A stretch of 64,000 bases of DNA from Myxococcota bacterium (lineage in GTDB: Bacteria; Myxococcota_A; UBA9160), in contig DATKKW010000024.1 in the NCBI GenBank assembly GCA_035542715.1, positions 43,062 to 107,061 of the forward strand, in the 5' to 3' direction. Of the stretch, positions 58,709 through 64,000 are shown one piece after another; the first letter of the stretch is position 1; every line of letters starts with the position of its first letter. The translations under genes and the position numbers were made by a program. The notes beneath the pieces were generated by a model. The model searched no databases, had not been told where the DNA came from, and saw only the letters and a program-made list of their open reading frames with translations.

Positions 58709-60484
58709 ATGAGCGGGCCGGCGAGCGCCGAAGGCGACCTCCGCGCGCACCGGCTCCTGCTCGTGCTCGCCGCGCTGCTCGCGCTCGCCGGCTACGCGCA
58801 GACGGTGAACGCGATCGCGGCGCCCTTCCTGGCGAAGAGCTTCGGGCTGGACGACGCCGGGATCGCCCGGGCGATGGGCTGGATCTCGCTGAACGCCTTC
58901 GCCGTCCTCGTGCTCGCGCGCGAGACCGACCGGCTCGGCCGGCGCCGACTCCTCCTCGCGTGCGCGCTCGGCCTCGCCGTGGCGTCCGTCGCGAGCGCCC
59001 TGTCGCCGAGCCTCGTTCCCTACGTAATGACGCAGATCGCTGTCCAGGCCTTCGCCAACACCGTGATCATGGTCGCGACGGTCGTGATCGCGGAGGAGCT
59101 GTCCCTCGCCCGTCGCGCCACCGGCCAGGGCTGGGCCGGGATCGCGGGGAACGCCGGCGGAGGCCTCGCGCTGCTCGCCGTTCCGGCGCTCGCGGCGACG
59201 GCGGGCGGCTGGCGCGCCGCGTGGATCGTGACGGCGCTGCCCCTCGCGTTCCTGCCGTGGCTGCGTCGCGCGTTGCCCGAGACCACGCGCTGGCGGGCGG
59301 CGAACGCGCGCGGCGAGACCGAGGGCGCGCGCGCGAGAGAGGCTCTCGCGCCACCGTATCGCGGCCGTGCCCTGGGCTTCCTCGGCTTCGTGCTCCTCGG
59401 GAACGTGGCCGGCGTCGCGACCGCGAGCTGGCCCTACTACCACCTCGTGCACGGCCTCGGCGTCGCGCCCGCGCGCGCGACGCTCGTGCTGATGCTGGGC
59501 GGAGGCCTCGGCCTCGCGGGCTTCCGCTGGGGCGGGCACTGGAGCGATCGACTCGGGCGGCGCGCGACGCTCCTCGCGGGCGCCGTCGGGTCGAACGCGC
59601 TCATGGTCGTGTTCTACCTGCTTCCGCTCGCGAGCGTGTCGACCTACGTGGGCCTCTTCGCGATCGCCTCGCTCGCCGGGAACGCGAGCCTCACGGCGGC
59701 GCGGGCGAGCGCGACGGAGCTCTTTCCGACGCGCCTGCGCAGCACGGTGAACGGCTGGGCCACCGTCGCGGCGGCGGCCGCCGCCGTCGTCGCGAACTTC
59801 GCGACGGCGGCGCTGGCCGAGCGCCTCGGCGGGCTCGCGCCGGCGATCGCCCTGCTCGCCCTCACGATCGTGCCTGCGCTCGCCCTGTTCTGGCGCTTCG
59901 TCCCGGAGACGGCGGGCCTCGAGCTCGAGGCTGCCGCGCTCGAGGAGGAGCCGCTCGTGGACGCATACGTCGCGCTGGGCTCCAACCTCGGCGACCGCGC
60001 GGCGCGGCTCGCGGGCGCGCTCTCGGCGCTCCGCGCGACGCCCGGCGTCGATGTCGTCGCGGTGTCGCGCTGGTACGAGACGACGCCGGTCGGCCCGCCG
60101 CCGCAGGGACCGTACCTGAACGGCGCGGTCCGACTCCGCACGCGCCTCTCGCCGCGTGCGCTCCTCACGCGTCTCCTCGAGATCGAGCGCGCCTCTGGTC
60201 GCGTCCGCGACGGCACGAAGGACGCGCCGCGCACCCTCGATCTCGACCTGCTCCTGCACGGCGCCGCGCGCTCCGACGCTCCTGACCTCCTCGTGCCCCA
60301 CCCGCGCCTGCACGAGCGCGGCTTCGTGCTGGAGCCGCTGGCCGAGATCGCGCCGGACGTCGTGCATCCGGTCCGCGGCGAGACGATCGCCGCCCTCGCG
60401 GCGCGCGTGCGGGATCCTGCAGCGGTGCGCCTCTACGCGCCGTGCGGATCCCGGCCGACGCCCTCCGAGGCGTCGGCAGGATGA
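58709..60484 (+). CDS. MFS transporter continuing in frame into an HPPK (FolK) domain
   Basis: ATG at 58709. About 415 aa of 12-TM MFS end in the typical FVPETAGLELE tail, then run with no stop codon into a complete HPPK domain. See the separate feature for the HPPK part. Confidence 0.7.
   Translation: MSGPASAEGDLRAHRLLLVLAALLALAGYAQTVNAIAAPFLAKSFGLDDAGIARAMGWISLNAFAVLVLARETDRLGRRRLLLACALGLAVASVASALSPSLVPYVMTQIAVQAFANTVIMVATVVIAEELSLARRATGQGWAGIAGNAGGGLALLAVPALAATAGGWRAAWIVTALPLAFLPWLRRALPETTRWRAANARGETEGARAREALAPPYRGRALGFLGFVLLGNVAGVATASWPYYHLVHGLGVAPARATLVLMLGGGLGLAGFRWGGHWSDRLGRRATLLAGAVGSNALMVVFYLLPLASVSTYVGLFAIASLAGNASLTAARASATELFPTRLRSTVNGWATVAAAAAAVVANFATAALAERLGGLAPAIALLALTIVPALALFWRFVPETAGLELEAAALEEEPLVDAYVALGSNLGDRAARLAGALSALRATPGVDVVAVSRWYETTPVGPPPQGPYLNGAVRLRTRLSPRALLTRLLEIERASGRVRDGTKDAPRTLDLDLLLHGAARSDAPDLLVPHPRLHERGFVLEPLAEIAPDVVHPVRGETIAALAARVRDPAAVRLYAPCGSRPTPSEASAG
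59957..60484 (+). other. folK: 2-amino-4-hydroxy-6-hydroxymethyldihydropteridine diphosphokinase domain / possible internal start
   Basis: GTG at 59957 lies 6 nt after GAGGAGGAG and gives VDAYVALGSNLGDR...RWYETTPVG...PRTLDLDLL...PHPRLHERGFVL, the canonical HPPK sequence. It is in the same frame as the MFS ORF. Confidence 0.8.
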
Positions 60485-60517
60485 GCGCACGTCCGGACAC
60501 CGAGAGGGAGGAGCCCC

Positions 60518-60835
60518 ATGGCGATCGTCGCCGTCAGCATCGCGCCCGTCGGAGCGGGGACGCACCTCGCGCCCTACGTCGCGGCCGCCCTCGAGCCCCT
60601 GCGCGCTCAGAGCCGCGTGCGCTGGAGGCTCGATCCGATGTTCACGACGCTCGAAGGTGAGCTCGGCGAGATCCTCCCGCTCGTGCAGCGCATGACCGAG
60701 GCCGTGTTCGCGCGCGGCGCGACGCGCGTCTCGACGCTGATCAAGATCGACGAGCGGCGCGACGAGGCGGCGACGATGGAGAGCAAGCTCGCGGCGGTGC
60801 GGCGGCTGGGCGGCGCGACGCAGGGCGGCGGCTAG
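60518..60835 (+). CDS. MTH1187/YkoF-like (DUF77) thiamine-binding-fold protein
   Basis: 105 aa. MAIVAVSIAPVG......YVAAA...L.......L.PM.T..EGEL is the characteristic ferredoxin-like DUF77 pattern. Confidence 0.8.
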   Translation: MAIVAVSIAPVGAGTHLAPYVAAALEPLRAQSRVRWRLDPMFTTLEGELGEILPLVQRMTEAVFARGATRVSTLIKIDERRDEAATMESKLAAVRRLGGATQGGG

Positions 60836-61542
60836 GCCTCGACGACCCGTGGGAGCCGCACGCACGTGCCGACTTCTCCCGGCGCCTCACGCTCGCAGCA
60901 GCGCACCCCGAGGGCCGACGTGAGGGAGCGGATCACGCTCTCGGCCGGGCCCTCGCACGCGTCGTCCTTCGGCGCGCGCCAGCCGCCGTCCGGACCGACG
61001 CTCTCGGGCCGCGCGAAGACGTCGAGCCGCGCCTCGTCCGGAGCGTCCCCCGGCTCCGCGCGCACCACGATCCGGAGCGGCCCCGTCCCCGCGCGCGCGG
61101 CGCGCTGCACCAGCAGGAAGAGCAGCGTCTCCGCGTCGGCGGGGTCGATCGGGAGGACGAGGGGCTCCTCGGGCGTCTCGAGGCGGAGCACGATGCGACG
61201 CGAGAGCGCGTCGCGGAGCAGCCCCTCCGTGTCGCGAACCACGCGCACGAGGTCGCACTCCGCGCGAGCGGACCGCAGCGGGGGCCGGCGCACGAGGAGG
61301 GCACGGGTCATCTGGGCGCAGCGCTCGACCTGCTCGAGGATCACGCTGCATGCTTCGTCGACCTGGGAGCCTTCCTTGGGCTCGCCTTGCAGGTAGCTGG
61401 CCTCGCCCACGATGGCGGTGAACGCGTTGTTCAGGGCATGGGAGAGGCCGAAGGTGAGCTCGCACAGGGCGACTGCGCGCGCGATGGCACGTGCCTCCTG
61501 CGGCGCGATCGGGCGCGGGTCTGTGGTCTCCCTGGATCCCAC
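60832..61542 (-). CDS. sensor-less histidine-kinase-like protein with degenerate ATPase motifs
   Basis: The H-box-like GLSHALNNAFTAIVGEASYL is followed by a ~130-aa domain in which N, G1 and G2 boxes are not recognisable. I placed the start at GTG 61542 (uncertain). The 3' end overlaps the upstream gene by 4 nt. Confidence 0.5.
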   Translation of the reverse strand: MGSRETTDPRPIAPQEARAIARAVALCELTFGLSHALNNAFTAIVGEASYLQGEPKEGSQVDEACSVILEQVERCAQMTRALLVRRPPLRSARAECDLVRVVRDTEGLLRDALSRRIVLRLETPEEPLVLPIDPADAETLLFLLVQRAARAGTGPLRIVVRAEPGDAPDEARLDVFARPESVGPDGGWRAPKDDACEGPAESVIRSLTSALGVRCCEREAPGEVGTCVRLPRVVEA

Positions 61543-61662
61543 CCCGTTCCCATCGGTGGTTCCGCCGTGGAGCCTGAGCGCGAATTCCCCGAGACGACGG
61601 GGCCCGACGTCGGTCGGCGGGGTACCTTCGGCGCGCCCCGCGCGGGGGCGGGGAAGACGTCG

Positions 61663-62997
61663 ATGAACGGTCTCGGGGCGCTGCTGCCGGTATGGACTGT
61701 CCTCCCCTTCGTCGGGCTCCTGCTCTCGATCGCGATCGTGCCCCTCGTCTTCGGCTCCTGGTGGGAGCACAACCGCAACAAGGGGATCGTGGCCGCGCTC
61801 TGGGCGGCGCCCGTCCTGCTGTACTTCCCGCTCGCCCACGGCGCGGCGGGCCTCCATCAGATCGGGGAGAACCTGAAGGAGTACGTCTCCTTCATGGCGC
61901 TGATCGGCGCGTTGTTCGTGATCACGGGCGGGATCGTGGTTCGCGGCTCGCTCTCCGGCACTCCGCTCCTGAACACCGCCTTCCTCGCGATCGGCGCGGT
62001 GGCGGCGAACCTGATCGGGACGACCGGCGCGTCGGTGCTCCTCGTGCGACCCCTCCTGCGCGCGAACGAGAAGCGCGAGCGGAAGACCCACATCTTCGTG
62101 TTCTTCATCTTCGTGGTCTCGAACTGCGGCGGCCTCCTGACACCGCTCGGCGATCCGCCCCTCTTCCTCGGCTTCCTGAAGGGGGTGCCCTTCGAGTGGA
62201 CGCTCCGGCTCTGGCCGGAGTGGTCGATCGTGAACGGCGCGCTGCTGATCCTGTTCCAGATCTGGGACCAGGTCGTCTTCGACCGCGAGGAGCTCGAGCG
62301 TCCGGGCTCCCAGCTCGAGGAGGTGCAGATCCACGAGCCGCTGCGGATCGGCGGGGCCCACAACTTCGTCTTCCTGATCGGCATGGTCGTGGTGATCTTC
62401 GCTTCCGGACGAGGCGTCTTCTTCGCCGCGGGAGAATGGCCGACCGGGCTGCGGGAGGCGCTCATGGTGGCGCTCGCTGCGGGCGCGTGGTGGACGACGC
62501 ACCCGGATCTACGACGCGCCAACAACTTCGGGTTCGGCCCGATCTACGAGGTCGCGGTGCTCTTCGCCGGCATCTTCCTCACGATGGGGCCCGCGCTCCT
62601 CGCGCTGAACCACCGGGCGTCCGACCTCGGGCTCACGCAGGCGTGGCACTTCTTCTGGGCGTCGGGCGTGCTCTCGAGCTTCCTCGACAACGCGCCCACG
62701 TACCTGACCTTCGCGGCGACCGCCTCGGGGCTCGGGGGCGTCCCGCTCGAGGGCCGCTACCTCGCGCAGTACCTGGCGACCGGCGGCACGGCGCAGACGA
62801 TCCTCGCGGCGATCTCGACCGGGTCGGTGTTCATGGGGGCGAACTCGTACATCGGCAACGGGCCCAACTTCATGGTGAAGGCGATCGCCGAGGAGAACGG
62901 CGTCCGGATGCCGAGCTTCTTCGGCTACATGGCCTACTCCGTCGGGATCCTGGTGCCGCTCTTCGTGCTCGTCACCCTGCTGCTCTTCCGCGGCTAG
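61663..62997 (+). CDS. polytopic permease, NhaD/ArsB/CitMHS-superfamily-like (often annotated sodium:proton antiporter)
   Basis: 444 aa with about 11-12 TM helices. Conserved blocks are NLIGTTGASVLLVRPLLRAN and NCGGLLTPLGDPPLFLGFLKGVPFEWT. ATG at 61663. Confidence 0.65.
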   Translation: MNGLGALLPVWTVLPFVGLLLSIAIVPLVFGSWWEHNRNKGIVAALWAAPVLLYFPLAHGAAGLHQIGENLKEYVSFMALIGALFVITGGIVVRGSLSGTPLLNTAFLAIGAVAANLIGTTGASVLLVRPLLRANEKRERKTHIFVFFIFVVSNCGGLLTPLGDPPLFLGFLKGVPFEWTLRLWPEWSIVNGALLILFQIWDQVVFDREELERPGSQLEEVQIHEPLRIGGAHNFVFLIGMVVVIFASGRGVFFAAGEWPTGLREALMVALAAGAWWTTHPDLRRANNFGFGPIYEVAVLFAGIFLTMGPALLALNHRASDLGLTQAWHFFWASGVLSSFLDNAPTYLTFAATASGLGGVPLEGRYLAQYLATGGTAQTILAAISTGSVFMGANSYIGNGPNFMVKAIAEENGVRMPSFFGYMAYSVGILVPLFVLVTLLLFRG

Positions 62998-63006
62998 GCT
63001 GCGCGG

Positions 63007-64000
63007 ATGCACTCGCTCGGCGAAATGCTGCCCTACTGGACGCTCGTACCGTTCCTCGGCCTCCTGCTCTCGATCGCGATCCTGCCGATCGTCGCCGAGC
63101 ACTGGTGGCACGAGAACCGCAATCGCGCTCTCGTGTCGGCGCTCTTCTCCGCTCCGATCGCCGTCTACTTCCCGCTGGTCCACGGGGCCGCCGGCTGGCA
63201 CCAGCTCGGCGAGAGCGCCCACGAGCTCGTCGCGTTCCTCGCGCTGATCGCGTCGCTGTTCATCGCTTCCGGGGGGATCGTGATCGCCGGCTCCCTCTCG
63301 GGAACCCCGATCGTGAACACCGTGGTGCTCGCGATCGGCGTCGTGCTCGCGAACCTGATCGGCACGACGGGCGCGTCGGTCCTCCTGATCCGCCCGCTGC
63401 TGCGCGCGAACGCCGCGCGTGAGCACCGCGCCCATCTCGTGGTCTTCTTCATCTTCACGGTCTCGAATTGCGGCGGGTTGCTCACCCCGCTCGGCGACCC
63501 GCCCCTCTACCTGGGATTCCTGAAGGGCGTGCCCTTCGAGTGGACGCTGCGCCTGTGGCCCGCGTGGCTCGCAGTGAACGGGGCGCTCCTCGCGATCTTC
63601 CACGTATGGGACCAGGTGATGCTCGCGCGGGACGAGCGCGCGCAGCCTGGCGCCCAGCTCGAGCAGGTGCAGAGGCACGAGCCCCTGCGGATCGAGGGCG
63701 CGCACAACTTCGTGTTCCTGATCGGGATCGTCGCGGCGATCTACGGCGCGGGGGAGGGCATCGGCAACGGCGGACGGCCGTGGCCCTTCCCGCTCGCCGA
63801 GGGGATCATGCTGCTGCTGTCGCTCGGCGCGTGGCTCACGACGCGTCCGGCCCTGCGCGCCGCGAACGGCTTCGGCTTCGGGCCCGTGATCGAGGTCGCC
63901 GTGCTGTTCGCCGGCATCTTCGTGACGATGGGCCCGGCGCTCCTCGTGCTGAACCACCATGCGCCGGAGCTCGGCCTCACAGAGCCGCGCCAGTACTTCT
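63007..64000 (+). CDS. tandem paralogue of the preceding permease (3' end cut by window edge)
   Basis: ATG at 63007, 9 nt after the preceding stop. The frame is open to the window end. The translation (MHSLGEMLPYWTLVPFLGLLLSIAILP...NCGGLLTPLGDPPLYLGFLKGVPFEWT) is collinear with the upstream gene. Confidence 0.7.
   Translation, partial: MHSLGEMLPYWTLVPFLGLLLSIAILPIVAEHWWHENRNRALVSALFSAPIAVYFPLVHGAAGWHQLGESAHELVAFLALIASLFIASGGIVIAGSLSGTPIVNTVVLAIGVVLANLIGTTGASVLLIRPLLRANAAREHRAHLVVFFIFTVSNCGGLLTPLGDPPLYLGFLKGVPFEWTLRLWPAWLAVNGALLAIFHVWDQVMLARDERAQPGAQLEQVQRHEPLRIEGAHNFVFLIGIVAAIYGAGEGIGNGGRPWPFPLAEGIMLLLSLGAWLTTRPALRAANGFGFGPVIEVAVLFAGIFVTMGPALLVLNHHAPELGLTEPRQYF

Overview
This 64-kb window comes from a very GC-rich bacterial chromosome (well above 65% GC by eye, with strong GC3 bias). 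It is densely coded on both strands, with about 60 credible CDS, many 1-4 nt start/stop overlaps and frequent GTG/TTG starts. Most of the very long ORFs in the six-frame track are Arg/Ala/Pro-rich shadow frames opposite or offset from real genes, and I discarded them.

Gene content is largely core metabolism and maintenance:
- tesB, xthA, aroC, a Smr-mutY-sfsA-M23 peptidase chain, acs, pepP, rnd, ilvE-like, proS and an HPPK (folK) domain.
- A complete Rrf2-sufBCDSU-sufT Fe-S assembly operon.
- Envelope and lipid genes: GT4, MMPL, lipoproteins, CDP-alcohol phosphatidyltransferase, a UPF0104 flippase-like protein and an SDR.
- Transporters: SulP, MFS, CDF and tandem NhaD/ArsB-like permeases.
- Signalling genes: FIST, IclR, a PAS hybrid histidine kinase and a degenerate kinase-like protein.

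I saw no rRNA, tRNA, CRISPR array, transposase, integrase or phage genes.

The candidates most worth a second look are:
1. A translationally coupled GabT-like aminotransferase / LuxE-like / LuxC-like operon with no luciferase genes. I infer a carboxylate-to-aldehyde-to-amine module.
2. An orphan plus-strand transcription unit between two minus-strand genes. It has a near-consensus sigma-54 promoter, a ~160-nt 6S-RNA-like rod and a perfect intrinsic terminator.
3. An MFS transporter ORF that runs in frame, without a stop, into an HPPK (FolK) domain.
4. A B12-binding radical SAM gene coupled to a DUF4404 gene.

All family calls come from motif recognition by eye and memory. No database or covariance-model search was run, and start codons are often uncertain by tens of nucleotides.
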